In this document: piece by piece, positions 1-9,359 of the stretch
How positions within the stretch are numbered: position 1 is the stretch's first letter
Layout: the number at the start of each line of letters is the position of its first letter
From: an uncultured Pseudomonadales bacterium
Lineage (GTDB): Bacteria; Patescibacteriota; Microgenomatia; UBA1400; PJMF01
Direction of reading: 5' to 3'
DNA length: 64,000 bases
Assembly: GCA_964393205.1 (NCBI GenBank)
Contig: CAYMSV010000001.1
Coordinates: 103,440 to 167,439, forward strand
The notes under the pieces: model-generated
Told to the model about the DNA's origin: nothing
What the model saw: the letters and a program-made list of their open reading frames with translations, nothing else
Databases searched by the model: none
Translations under genes and position numbers: made by a program

Positions 1-2656
1 ATATCGATCTCGTCGGCGACAATTAAGTCCTAGTGAAAAGAAGCTCAGAAGAATTAAAAACTGGCGGATTTTGGCTTTGGTTTTTTGCGGCCTGGTGGTT
101 TTTGGCATCATTAGTTTTTTAATAATGTTTGCTTGGTTTTCTAGAGATTTACCAAAACCTGGACAAGTGATTAGAAGAGAAGGTTTTAGTAGTAAAATTT
201 ATGATCGCGAAGGTGAATTGTTATACGATCTCTTTCAAGAGGAGCGTCGCCAACCCAGTAAAATTGAAGACATCCCAGAAGTACTTAAAAATGCGACCAT
301 AGCTATTGAAGATAGAGATTTTTATAAGCATCGTGGTTTTGATTTTTTAACTATTGTTCGTATTCCTTATAACTTTATTTTTAGAGGTCGTGTGGTGGGT
401 GGCTCTACCCTCACCCAACAATTAGTTAAAAATGCGCTACTGACTAATGAGCGAACAATTATTCGTAAATTTAAAGAATTGGTTTTATCTATTCAGATTG
501 AGCGCAGATTTAGCAAAGATGAGATCTTGACAATGTACCTGAATGAAGCTCCATATGGAGGTAATCTCTGGGGAGTGGCAACGGCAGTTGAAGCCTATTT
601 TAATAAACCGATGAGTGAATTAACTATTTTGGAAAGTGCTTTTTTGGCTGGTTTACCTCAACGCCCCAGTGTCTATTCTCCTTATTCAACTCGTTTGGAT
701 GAAGATGGCGAGCCTTATTGGAAAATGCGCACCAGAGCGGTGTTGAAGGCGATGAAAGACAATAAGCATATTTCCGATGAGCAATATGAAGAGGCTTTAA
801 CTGGATTAGAAGACTTAAGTTTTGAGCGAGTGATGTCAGAAATTAAAGCCCCACACTTTGTTTTTTATGTACAAAGAGAACTTGAAGAAATGTTTGGTGA
901 GGAATTGTTGATGCGAGGAGGTTTAAATGTTACTACTACCCTGGATTGGCAGTTACAAGAATTAGCACAGACAGTTGTTAGTGAGGAGGTCGAAGCAGTC
1001 ACTAGATATGAAATTAGCAATGGAGCGGCATTAGCTCTGAATCCTAAAACTGGAGAAATATTAGCGATGGTTGGTAGCAGAGACTACTTTAATGATGATA
1101 TAGGTGGTCAATTTAATGTGGTAGTAGACGGTCTTAGACAGCCAGGATCAGCGATTAAGCCTATTACTTACTTGGGCATGCTTCAGCGTGGCTTTACACC
1201 GGCCACGATGGTTATGGACGTGCCGACTACTTTTGCGAGAAATGAGGCAGAAAAACCCTATACTCCTCGTAATTATGATGGGCAATTTCGTGGACCAGTG
1301 AGTTTGCGTCAATCTTTAGGCAGCTCTTTAAATATTCCAGCAGTGAAGTCTTTAGCAACAGTGGGTTTAGAAGACTTTTTAAGCCTAGCTTATGAAATGG
1401 GTCTGGAAACCCTTGAACCAAACAAGGCTAATTTACAACGTTTTGGCTTAGCTCTTACTTTGGGTGGTGGTGAAGTATATATGTTAGATTTAGCCGGAGC
1501 GTATAGCATTTTTGCTAATGGAGGGCAGAAAATTGAGTCTGTAGCTATTTTGAAAGTAGAAGACAGCGAGGGCAAGGTGCTTTATGAACATAAACAAACT
1601 CAGGGCAAGCAAATCATTGATGAAGCAGAAGCATTTTTAATTAATGATATTTTATCTGATAATAACGCTCGGCTTTTAGCTTTTGGCGCTAACTCTCTGT
1701 TAAATACGGGACGACCAATTGCTGTCAAAACTGGAACTACTAATGACATGAAAGATAACTGGACTATTGGTTGGAGTAGTGATGTGTTGGTGGCCGCTTG
1801 GGTAGGTAATAATGACAATAGTTCGATGAGCTATGTAGCTTCTGGTATTACTGGAGCCTCACCCATTTGGCGAAGAATTATTTTGGGAGCGCTCAATTTT
1901 GGTTATTCTGCAGCAGAATGGGAAATGCCTAGTAATGTTGAAAGAGTTGAAGTTGATGCAATTTCTGGCTATCCCAAACATGATGATTTCCCCAGTAAGT
2001 TTGACTATGCAATTAAAGGAACACTCCCAGCTCTCCCCGACCCCATCCATCGTTTAGTTGAAGTTTGTAAAGGAGAAAATGATAAGTTGGCTACTGAAGC
2101 AAAAATTGCTGCGGGAGATTATGATAGGCGCGAGTTTATCTATGCTTTAGAAGAAGATCCATTCAGTGAGGATGGAGTGAATAGATGGCAGATTGGTATA
2201 AATGCTTGGATAGAGGCACAGGATGATTCTCGTTATCGAGTACCGAATGATTATTGTGGTGATTTTGGAGATGTTAGTGTCAGGTTAAGAAAACCCAATG
2301 ATAAACAAAATTTTAAAGATGAGGAGATTGAAGTTGAGATTAGGGCTGGTAGCGATGATGGCATTGAAAAGCTAGAACTTTATGTGGATGGTGAGCTTTT
2401 GGAAACCATTGAGGGTCGTAGCGAATATAGGGGAAAAATTAAATTAAAGACAGGTAAGCACGAGCTTTATGCAAAAGCCTATGCTAAAAGTGGTGAAACT
2501 AAAACTAGTGGTAAAGTCAGAATTGGTGTAGGAGGAGTTGATTGGGATTATGTAGAGCCAACTCCAACTCCAGAGCCAGTTGCCACCCCAGAACCAACAA
2601 CAGCAGTTATTGAATTAAGTCCGACTCCTACTCCGGTAACTGAAGAAGATGATTAG
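1..2656 (+). CDS. Class A penicillin-binding protein (PBP1A; transglycosylase + transpeptidase) with C-terminal Ig-like domain and Pro/Thr tail; 5' end lies upstream of the window
   Basis: GT51 motifs EDRDFYKHRG and GGSTLTQQLVKN; transpeptidase motifs SAIK (SxxK), SLN (SxN) and KTG. The frame is open from position 2 (YRSRRRQLSPSEKKLRRIKNWRIL), so the TTG at 71 is probably not the true start. Confidence 0.95.
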   Translation, partial: YRSRRRQLSPSEKKLRRIKNWRILALVFCGLVVFGIISFLIMFAWFSRDLPKPGQVIRREGFSSKIYDREGELLYDLFQEERRQPSKIEDIPEVLKNATIAIEDRDFYKHRGFDFLTIVRIPYNFIFRGRVVGGSTLTQQLVKNALLTNERTIIRKFKELVLSIQIERRFSKDEILTMYLNEAPYGGNLWGVATAVEAYFNKPMSELTILESAFLAGLPQRPSVYSPYSTRLDEDGEPYWKMRTRAVLKAMKDNKHISDEQYEEALTGLEDLSFERVMSEIKAPHFVFYVQRELEEMFGEELLMRGGLNVTTTLDWQLQELAQTVVSEEVEAVTRYEISNGAALALNPKTGEILAMVGSRDYFNDDIGGQFNVVVDGLRQPGSAIKPITYLGMLQRGFTPATMVMDVPTTFARNEAEKPYTPRNYDGQFRGPVSLRQSLGSSLNIPAVKSLATVGLEDFLSLAYEMGLETLEPNKANLQRFGLALTLGGGEVYMLDLAGAYSIFANGGQKIESVAILKVEDSEGKVLYEHKQTQGKQIIDEAEAFLINDILSDNNARLLAFGANSLLNTGRPIAVKTGTTNDMKDNWTIGWSSDVLVAAWVGNNDNSSMSYVASGITGASPIWRRIILGALNFGYSAAEWEMPSNVERVEVDAISGYPKHDDFPSKFDYAIKGTLPALPDPIHRLVEVCKGENDKLATEAKIAAGDYDRREFIYALEEDPFSEDGVNRWQIGINAWIEAQDDSRYRVPNDYCGDFGDVSVRLRKPNDKQNFKDEEIEVEIRAGSDDGIEKLELYVDGELLETIEGRSEYRGKIKLKTGKHELYAKAYAKSGETKTSGKVRIGVGGVDWDYVEPTPTPEPVATPEPTTAVIELSPTPTPVTEEDD

Positions 2657-3925
2657 TGTGAGACTAGTTAGTCCTGCAACTTGAGTAATTAGGTAGTGGT
2701 CCAGACTAGCGATAGGTATTAAAAGTAAGATTTTTGACCAGGTCAGCTTTGTTCTTAATTTCCAAATGATAAGTAGTAGTAAGCCAGAAGTGATGATTCC
2801 ACCCTCACTGAGAATTAATAGACCCAAATGATGAACTGGTTGAACAAAACGCACCACTTCTCGGTTTTGACTATAGTTTTCAAGTTCTCTAACAAAGTTA
2901 TTTAAACCAATTCCAAAAACTGGCTGATCGGCGAACATTTGCCAAGCTGCTTCATTAAGTATTTCCCTTCGCGATACAGATAGGTGGTTTTTTTTAAGAT
3001 TACTATCTAAGTGTTGAATAATAAAAGGGCTAAGAAGAAAGAATAAAATAAGTAAAAAGTTTAATAATTTTTGCCAAGATAAAATTGATTTTTTTAATTG
3101 TTTGTTTTTTATTTTCAATTTTTCAAAAAATAAATAAATTAAAAATATTAAAAAAGTTAATAAAGCGGAAAAAGATTGAGTTAAAACAATAATGATAAAG
3201 CTGTTAAATAAAAGCAGGCTTTTAATGCTTTTTTTTAATTGAGTATTTCCAAATAAGATGATGTTAAAAATTACAACTAAACCAGCCAAAATATTCGGAT
3301 GAGCAGTGCTCCCATAAGGTAGTATTTTTTCAGCTTTTAGGAATTGTCCTCGACTAATATTTGCAAATTGTTGTAAGTTGCTCTCACCAAAAAAATGATA
3401 AGGAGCGAAAGATTGTTGGTTGAAAAATTGATAATAAGCTAAAAAACTCTGCCAAACAACAGAGACCAAAAGAGCTTGATAAAAAGTGCGCAAACGTAGT
3501 TTATCTAAGTAAATTGATAGTATAAAAAGTCCGAGCAGGATTAATCGAAAATGAAAAATTAGAGAACTAAGACTAGGATTTAGAAATTGATTAAACAAAA
3601 TAAGACTGACCATTATTAAGATTGATATATCAATTTTATTTAATTTTATTTTATTTTTTTTGAAAATTTTTCTATTTTTTTCTTGAAAGAAAAAAATAGC
3701 CACACTGCTTAATAATAAACAATCAAACAGATAAATTTTAGGTATTAAATAATCGAGCAATAAACCTCTAACATAAGCTGTTTCTAAAGCTATTTTTAAA
3801 AACAGATTGCTGCTCAAACTAAGGATGGTAACAAAGAGTAGTAGCTGTTCAAATTTCACCCACCAATTGGGCTTGGAATTTTTTTTGGGCCAGGTCCACC
3901 ACTTTTTGACGAATTGGTTCCACAT
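2615..3925 (-). CDS. O-antigen ligase-like (Wzy_C) polytopic membrane protein
   Basis: Many TM helices; YGSTAHPNILAG; R..L...AWQMF..QPVFGIG.NNF; QPVHHLGLLILSEGG resembles the Wzy_C H(N)xxL..L.E.G motif. Confidence 0.8.
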   Translation of the reverse strand: MWNQFVKKWWTWPKKNSKPNWWVKFEQLLLFVTILSLSSNLFLKIALETAYVRGLLLDYLIPKIYLFDCLLLSSVAIFFFQEKNRKIFKKNKIKLNKIDISILIMVSLILFNQFLNPSLSSLIFHFRLILLGLFILSIYLDKLRLRTFYQALLVSVVWQSFLAYYQFFNQQSFAPYHFFGESNLQQFANISRGQFLKAEKILPYGSTAHPNILAGLVVIFNIILFGNTQLKKSIKSLLLFNSFIIIVLTQSFSALLTFLIFLIYLFFEKLKIKNKQLKKSILSWQKLLNFLLILFFLLSPFIIQHLDSNLKKNHLSVSRREILNEAAWQMFADQPVFGIGLNNFVRELENYSQNREVVRFVQPVHHLGLLILSEGGIITSGLLLLIIWKLRTKLTWSKILLLIPIASLDHYLITQVAGLTSLTLIIFFSYRSRSRT

Positions 3926-5888
3926 CTTCTTTGCTTAAATTCTTCTTCGAATCTTGATAAATAATTTGAAAAGTATAATTGTTTTGATAAATACTAAGTA
4001 AACTAAATTCCCTAATTTTTTTATTTGTTTTTTCTAGGGCTCTGATAAAGTCTCCAACAGCCACTTGCTCTCTCAGGGTAAAAGTTAATTGTTCGATGAT
4101 GGCAGCTTGTTGACTAGCTTTTTGATATTGAGGATGAAAATTAGCTACTTTTAATAGATTATTTAATTTAATTTCGATGCCAACTAATTGTTTGTCTAAG
4201 AGGTGTAGATAGCCCAAAAAGACTCGTTGTCCCTGATCTTTAATTACGAGTTTAGCACTCTGAGTATAAATTGGATGATTTTTGACCATGATTTCTTCAA
4301 CCAAAAGCTCAACTTCATTTTTTTTGAGTACAAAAAATTTCTCTAATAATAGCTCAAAAACGCCCTTAACTTGGCGAAAATTATTTTGACTAAGCATACT
4401 GAGGTAGCTCTCTTGAATAGGTAAATCATTCTTGCGAGGATGATAAAGATTAGCAATTTCAAACAGTTGCCAGTCTTTGTTTTGAGGATGATCTTTAATG
4501 ATTGATATCAGCGATGGCAAAATTGATCGACGTAAATAAGTATTTTCTTCTTTAAGTGGATTCTGTAGTTTTAAATGTTTAGCTAGAGAATAACCAGACA
4601 TTAAAGCCTCTTCTTCTCCAACTAGAGAATAACTATAAATTTCTTGCCAAGCTAAATTGGCTAAAAAATTTCTGAGACAATTTTCTAATTTAAAAATATC
4701 TTGATTCGGTCGATTTGTAGGAATAGCGCTGCTCATTAATTTACTAGGTAAATTATGATAGCCATAAATCCTAGCAATTTCTTCAATGATATCTGCTGGA
4801 ATTTTCAAATCTGATCGGTACGTGGGAGCGATGACTTCTAGTTTCTCCTGTTTACTTTGTTTGAGGGTGCTTACTTGGCAATCTAAATCTTCTAAGATAT
4901 TAATAATTTCTGATTTAGGAATATTTATTCCCAAATATTTATTAATTGTTTCAGTGTTAATGATAACTTTATTTCCCATTTTTTTATCTGGAAAATAATC
5001 ATAAACTGAGCTGGCCACTTTAATATTAGCTAGTTTTTCTAGTAAGTAGACCGCATAATTTAGAGTTTTTTGAGCTAAATGTGGATCAACTTTTTTTTCA
5101 TTTAGTTGGGCAGCCATGGTGCGAATGGCATGCGCCATTGAGGCATAACGCACTTTGTGCGGGTCTAGTGATTCTATCCAAAATAAAATATTTTTAGTAT
5201 TTTGGTCAACACCGGTGTTTAAGGTACCCTTCACTGCGGGCAAATCAATAATTTCACCAGCACTATTTTCGAAAACGATTTCTCCACCCACAGTTTCATG
5301 TACTTCTTTGTCTAAGGTAGTGAATTTCTTACCTGGACGCGCTTCCTTAATAATAATTTTGCCACCCATACTCATAATTTTGTCGTAGTCAAAAACATGA
5401 CAGGGATGACCAAGTTCGTGGGTGACGTAGTTGCTAACATCAACCACTACATCATGAATATTGATGTCTACTGCTTGTAGGCGATTTTGTATATATTGAG
5501 GACTACTTTGTTGTTTGAAGTCAGTAAGGACAACGGCCATTACTCTTCTAATATGATCTGTTTCGTAAATGATTTCTGGTAAAGCTAAATTATGTTGGGG
5601 ATGTTTTTTAATCTCTGGATAGTTTTTTTTGGTGGAGCGAGCGCTAAAACCAGCTCTTTTTAGAATAGTAACTGCTTCACGGGCGATGCCTTCTATTGAC
5701 ATCATGTCTACTCGATTGGTGGTCACTTCGATATCGTAAACAACATCTTTATTTCCATCAGCCAATTTAACTGTAGTGAAACGCTCAACTGAGGGGCCAC
5801 TGAGAGACAGATATTTTTGAATATCTTTGGGTGTGGCCTTGCTGGAGAGATGTTCGTTTAACCAGCTATGTGGAATTAGTATGTTCAT
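3849..5888 (-). CDS. pheT: Phenylalanine--tRNA ligase beta subunit (short form lacking the B2 OB domain)
   Basis: DIEVTTNRVD, VVDVSNYV..ELGHPCHVFD, PTYRSDL....DIIEEIARIYGY; directly downstream of pheS. Confidence 0.95.
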   Translation of the reverse strand: MNILIPHSWLNEHLSSKATPKDIQKYLSLSGPSVERFTTVKLADGNKDVVYDIEVTTNRVDMMSIEGIAREAVTILKRAGFSARSTKKNYPEIKKHPQHNLALPEIIYETDHIRRVMAVVLTDFKQQSSPQYIQNRLQAVDINIHDVVVDVSNYVTHELGHPCHVFDYDKIMSMGGKIIIKEARPGKKFTTLDKEVHETVGGEIVFENSAGEIIDLPAVKGTLNTGVDQNTKNILFWIESLDPHKVRYASMAHAIRTMAAQLNEKKVDPHLAQKTLNYAVYLLEKLANIKVASSVYDYFPDKKMGNKVIINTETINKYLGINIPKSEIINILEDLDCQVSTLKQSKQEKLEVIAPTYRSDLKIPADIIEEIARIYGYHNLPSKLMSSAIPTNRPNQDIFKLENCLRNFLANLAWQEIYSYSLVGEEEALMSGYSLAKHLKLQNPLKEENTYLRRSILPSLISIIKDHPQNKDWQLFEIANLYHPRKNDLPIQESYLSMLSQNNFRQVKGVFELLLEKFFVLKKNEVELLVEEIMVKNHPIYTQSAKLVIKDQGQRVFLGYLHLLDKQLVGIEIKLNNLLKVANFHPQYQKASQQAAIIEQLTFTLREQVAVGDFIRALEKTNKKIREFSLLSIYQNNYTFQIIYQDSKKNLSKEDVEPIRQKVVDLAQKKFQAQLVGEI

Positions 5889-5911
5889 TGTTTTTATTTT
5901 CTTAGTATTTT

Positions 5912-6976
5912 TTAAAATTGTTCTAAAAATTCTTTATTAGCTGAATAAAAAAGTCGAATGTCATCAATATTTAAACCCTGTTTAAGGGTATAGCTTCTTT
6001 CTACTCCCCAACCAAAAGCAAAACCTCGGTATTTTTCGCTATCAATGCCGCCTGCTTTTAAAACATTGGGATGAACCATACCTGCCCCACCAACCTCATG
6101 CCAACCAGACTTACAAAAACGACAGTTAGTTTTTTTATTATCTTCATTTTTGATGTAGCCGCTGCCACCGCAAATTTGACAACTAAAATCAACCTCAAAA
6201 GAAGGTTCGGTAAATTTGAAGTGAAAAGGACGAATACGGCTTTTAGTTTTGGGTCCGAAGAATTCTTTGGCAAAATAATCAATAGTTCCCTTGAGATGCT
6301 GAATATTGATGTTCTTATCAACTACTAGTCCCTCAAACTGATGAAACATTTGAGTGTGAGTGTTGTCACTTTGTCGTCTGTAACAGCGACTGATATTGAT
6401 CATGCGAATAGGCGGTTGCCCTTTTACTCTTTCCATTTCTCTAACTTGACCATTAGAGGTGTGGGTGGTTAAGACCATTTTTCCTAATTGAGAATGAGGA
6501 GGAGTGTCGACAAAAAAAGTTTCCCATTCATCTCGTGCGGGATGGTTGGCTGGCATGTTGAGTGCAGCAAAAACATAATGATCCCAGTCAACTTCAGGAT
6601 AACGACCACGAATGAATCCGATCTTTTCAAAAATTTGACTAATTTCTTCAATAGCCTGTGAAACTGGATGGACATGACCCACTTTTTGTTTGATACCGGG
6701 AAGAGTGAGATCAAGGTGTTGTTGAGAATCAGTTTTTGCTTGTTGACGACTTTTAAGTTCTTTTTCTAAGTCTTTTTTTAGTTGATTAAGTATTTGGCCG
6801 AATTCTTTTTTTTCTTCATTTTTAAGAATTTTAATTTGACCGGCTAATTGATTAAAAAGCCCCTTTTTTCCAAGATATTTAATATTTAATTTATCAAAAT
6901 CACTATTATTTTTTTCTTTACTTAATTGAACCAGAAGTTCTTGACTTTGTTTAACTAAATCTTGATATTTAGACAT
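5912..6976 (-). CDS. pheS: Phenylalanine--tRNA ligase alpha subunit
   Basis: HPARDEWETF, THTQMFHQFEG, FKFTEPSFEVD, GAGMVHPNVL, GFAFGWGVER; CxxC...CxxC zinc insert. Confidence 0.98.
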   Translation of the reverse strand: MSKYQDLVKQSQELLVQLSKEKNNSDFDKLNIKYLGKKGLFNQLAGQIKILKNEEKKEFGQILNQLKKDLEKELKSRQQAKTDSQQHLDLTLPGIKQKVGHVHPVSQAIEEISQIFEKIGFIRGRYPEVDWDHYVFAALNMPANHPARDEWETFFVDTPPHSQLGKMVLTTHTSNGQVREMERVKGQPPIRMINISRCYRRQSDNTHTQMFHQFEGLVVDKNINIQHLKGTIDYFAKEFFGPKTKSRIRPFHFKFTEPSFEVDFSCQICGGSGYIKNEDNKKTNCRFCKSGWHEVGGAGMVHPNVLKAGGIDSEKYRGFAFGWGVERSYTLKQGLNIDDIRLFYSANKEFLEQF

Positions 6977-7031
6977 GTTTTTTAAACTTTCTGTATCTGT
7001 ATTTTAACAGTTTTCATAGAGATTGACCAAA

Positions 7032-7220
7032 CTACTTAAAATTACACAAACCCAGGCGACAAATTTTTGCCAGACGATGGAGTTTGGGGCCACTTTGTTG
7101 CAACAACGGATCATATTGTTCTGGCAGTGATAATTTGAGCAATTTAGCCTCAAGTAAGTTAAGAGTTTGTGTGTCTCTTTCGATCTGTTTTAGTGTTGTG
7201 TTTTTTTCTTTTTTTGACAT
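7032..7220 (-). CDS. Small hypothetical protein (62 aa from ATG at 7220)
   Basis: ATG lies about 10 nt after the terminator U-tract; the ORF fills the gap to pheS; no recognisable family. Confidence 0.4.
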   Translation of the reverse strand: MSKKEKNTTLKQIERDTQTLNLLEAKLLKLSLPEQYDPLLQQSGPKLHRLAKICRLGLCNFK

Positions 7221-7229
7221 ATCCAAATT

Positions 7230-7257
7230 AAAAAACCCCGCTTGGTAGCGGGGTTTT
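7230..7257 (-). terminator. Intrinsic terminator (attenuator 3:4 hairpin)
   Basis: Minus strand AAAACCCCGCT-ACCA-AGCGGGGTTTTTT: GC-rich stem followed by a U-tract. Confidence 0.9.
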
Positions 7258-7281
7258 GTTTTTATAATAATTACAAGAACA

Positions 7282-7350
7282 TTACCCCACTCTTCGTTTA
7301 AAGAACTTTTGAATAAGAGAATGGTAATGTAGTATGTGTGACGAATTCAT
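7282..7350 (-). CDS. Putative attenuator leader peptide MNSSHILHYHSLIQKFFKRRVG (pheM-like position)
   Basis: 22-codon ORF read directly, starting 18 nt after the rplT stop; tandem TTC TTT codons; overlaps alternative RNA hairpins upstream of a terminator. Confidence 0.6.
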   Translation of the reverse strand: MNSSHILHYHSLIQKFFKRRVG

Positions 7351-7368
7351 GGACAATTATTTATATAC

Positions 7369-7722
7369 CTATTTTTGTGTTTTGACAACAATTTCTTTAA
7401 AAGTATCGAAATCACGAATGGCCAATTCACTTAACATTTTACGATTAAGAGCAATTTTGGCGTTTTTTAAATTATTGATAAATCGAGAATAATTAAACTG
7501 TTGATTGATTTGTTTTAGTCCGGCATTGATACGGATAATCCAGAGCTTACGCATGTCACGCTTACGCAATTTACGTCCAATATAAGCATATTGTCCAGCA
7601 TGGAGTGAAGCTTCTTTAGCCCTTTTATATAAACGACTATTAGTTCCACGATAACCCTTGGTTAGTTTAAGGATTTTTTTATGGCGACGACGTCTAATAA
7701 CGCCTGTTTTTGTTCTTGGCAT
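7369..7722 (-). CDS. rplT: 50S ribosomal protein L20
   Basis: MPRTKTG..RRRRHKKILKLTKGYRG; RKRDMRKLWIIRINA; LNRKMLSELA. Confidence 0.99.
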   Translation of the reverse strand: MPRTKTGVIRRRRHKKILKLTKGYRGTNSRLYKRAKEASLHAGQYAYIGRKLRKRDMRKLWIIRINAGLKQINQQFNYSRFINNLKNAKIALNRKMLSELAIRDFDTFKEIVVKTQK

Positions 7723-7739
7723 AATAGCTTTCTAAGAAT

Positions 7740-7943
7740 TTATTTGAGACCTAGCATTCTTTTAATTTTTCGAGCGTAAGGAGCCTTAACTTCGACTGGA
7801 ATACGATAATTACGAATGGCTTTCTTGCTTTTATTACGGCGCAGATGGCGACGATTTTGAATACGACGCATGACTTTTCCGGTACCAGTAATATGAAAAC
7901 GGCGAGCGACGCCCTTTCTGGTTTTAACCTTAATTTTTTTCAT
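7740..7943 (-). CDS. rpmI: 50S ribosomal protein L35
   Basis: KVKTRKGVARRFHITGTGKV; lies between infC and rplT. Confidence 0.97.
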   Translation of the reverse strand: MKKIKVKTRKGVARRFHITGTGKVMRRIQNRRHLRRNKSKKAIRNYRIPVEVKAPYARKIKRMLGLK

Positions 7944-7951
7944 AATTATCC

Positions 7952-8509
7952 TTATTTTTTAACTTCTTTGCCCAGGGGGGCGAGTTGAGCTTGAAGCTTT
8001 TTACCTAGCAGTCGGGCTTCAACTTCAACTTTTGCAAGATCTTCTGTGTCTTTAAAGATTTTGGCAAAAATTTCATAGCCAGCTTCTTTATAAGCAATTT
8101 GTCTTCCTTTAAAGAAGAGAGTGATTTTAACTTTATGTCCCTTATTCAAAAAATCTCGCAATTGTTTGAGTCTGGTTTGATAGTCACCCTCCCCTATGAC
8201 TGGTGAGAAACGTAATTCTTTAAGATCTTGAACTTTAGACTTTTTTCGGTTATCAGCTTCTTTCTTTTTAAGCTGATACTTGAATTTTGATAATTCAATA
8301 ATCTTAACGATTGGTGGTTTAGCCTTTTCAGTAATTAAAACTAAATCTTTACCCGCATCCATTGCTTTTTTAAAAGCTTCTCTGGATGACATGACACCCA
8401 CCATTTCTCCATGTTCTGTTAAAACGCGCACTTCAGGAAAACGAATATTGGTATTCGCTTTCACAAATAAATTGTCTTTTTTATGTTTGTTGTATTTTCT
8501 TCTGATCAC
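7952..8509 (-). CDS. infC: Translation initiation factor IF-3
   Basis: NIRFPEVRV, DLVLI...AKPPIVKI, KELRFSP.I...DY; non-ATG start; infC-rpmI-rplT order. Confidence 0.97.
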   Translation of the reverse strand: MIRRKYNKHKKDNLFVKANTNIRFPEVRVLTEHGEMVGVMSSREAFKKAMDAGKDLVLITEKAKPPIVKIIELSKFKYQLKKKEADNRKKSKVQDLKELRFSPVIGEGDYQTRLKQLRDFLNKGHKVKITLFFKGRQIAYKEAGYEIFAKIFKDTEDLAKVEVEARLLGKKLQAQLAPLGKEVKK

Positions 8510-8637
8510 CTGAGGTTTAGAATTATACTATAAATTAAACAAAAAGCCAGTAAGTAATCTCTGGAAAGATTGCGAACTTTAGCTATTTCTGTAAACTTCA
8601 AGGCTATTATAGCATGACTTATTGACTACAAAACAGA

Positions 8638-8666
8638 TTGATTTGTAGGTAGGCATCAAGTATAAT
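8638..8666 (+). promoter_or_regulatory. Sigma70-type promoter of tRNA-Val
   Basis: TTGATT-N17-TATAAT, 18 nt upstream of the tRNA. Confidence 0.8.
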
Positions 8667-8684
8667 TCACAACGTTTAGTGATC

Positions 8685-8758
8685 GAGCTTGTAGCTCAGT
8701 TGGTTAGAGCGCTTCGTTGACATCGAAGAGGTCAGAGGTTCGAGTCCCCTCAAGCTCA
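8685..8758 (+). tRNA. tRNA-Val(GAC)
   Basis: Acceptor GAGCTTG/CAAGCTC; anticodon arm CTTCG-TTGACAT-CGAAG; GGTTCGAGTCC T-arm; CCA not encoded. Confidence 0.97.
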
Positions 8759-8786
8759 CTTTTTTATTTATTGATTGGGTTAATTT

Positions 8787-9359
8787 ATGAGCGAAAAAAA
8801 CGATTTAGTTGTTAAAGAATTGCCTCGCAATTATTATTACAACGGTCATCCAGACACAGTTATTGATCGAGTCGATGCTTTGGCAAAACTAAATGGCAAC
8901 CCAGAATTAAGTGAAAAAAGAGCTTTAATAATCCGAGAAGTTCTAACTTTTTGTCCTGTTCCCTTTTTAAACGAATTAATAGAGGCGCTAGAAAAACCCA
9001 GCGATGAGACTATAAAGCTTTTAATCAATAAAGCCAGTCACGGGGAAATCAATTTAAAAACTAACAATTCTCTAAGTGCAGAGCAAAAAAATCAAATTAG
9101 TACTTTAGCCTTCAATCTATTGGTTAAAAAAATAAATAGCTCTAGTGCAGAGAAACTCTTGCCCATTTTATACTTTGTTAAGGAATATATATCAGCTCAA
9201 AGAGCAGTAGTGTTAATGTCTGATCGGGAAGTTATGGAAATTGAAAAGGAAATGGGAGAATTACGAAAAAAAATTGATTTGGAGAGAGATAGACTGAGAG
9301 AAACTCAACAAGATTTACTTTTACTTTTTGTTAAAAAATTAAACAATTCTAATTTTTAG
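8787..9359 (+). CDS. Hypothetical protein (helical, C-terminal coiled coil)
   Basis: 190-aa ORF immediately after tRNA-Val; no recognised motif. Confidence 0.7.
   Translation: MSEKNDLVVKELPRNYYYNGHPDTVIDRVDALAKLNGNPELSEKRALIIREVLTFCPVPFLNELIEALEKPSDETIKLLINKASHGEINLKTNNSLSAEQKNQISTLAFNLLVKKINSSSAEKLLPILYFVKEYISAQRAVVLMSDREVMEIEKEMGELRKKIDLERDRLRETQQDLLLLFVKKLNNSNF

Noticed and set aside
2900-3720. Long A/T homopolymers as phase-variation tracts
   Set aside because: Such runs are ubiquitous in this AT-rich, Lys/Phe-rich sequence and the frames are intact.
7230-7368. T-box riboswitch upstream of pheS
   Set aside because: The region is too short for stem I and lacks the UGGNACC T-box; a leader-peptide attenuator fits better.
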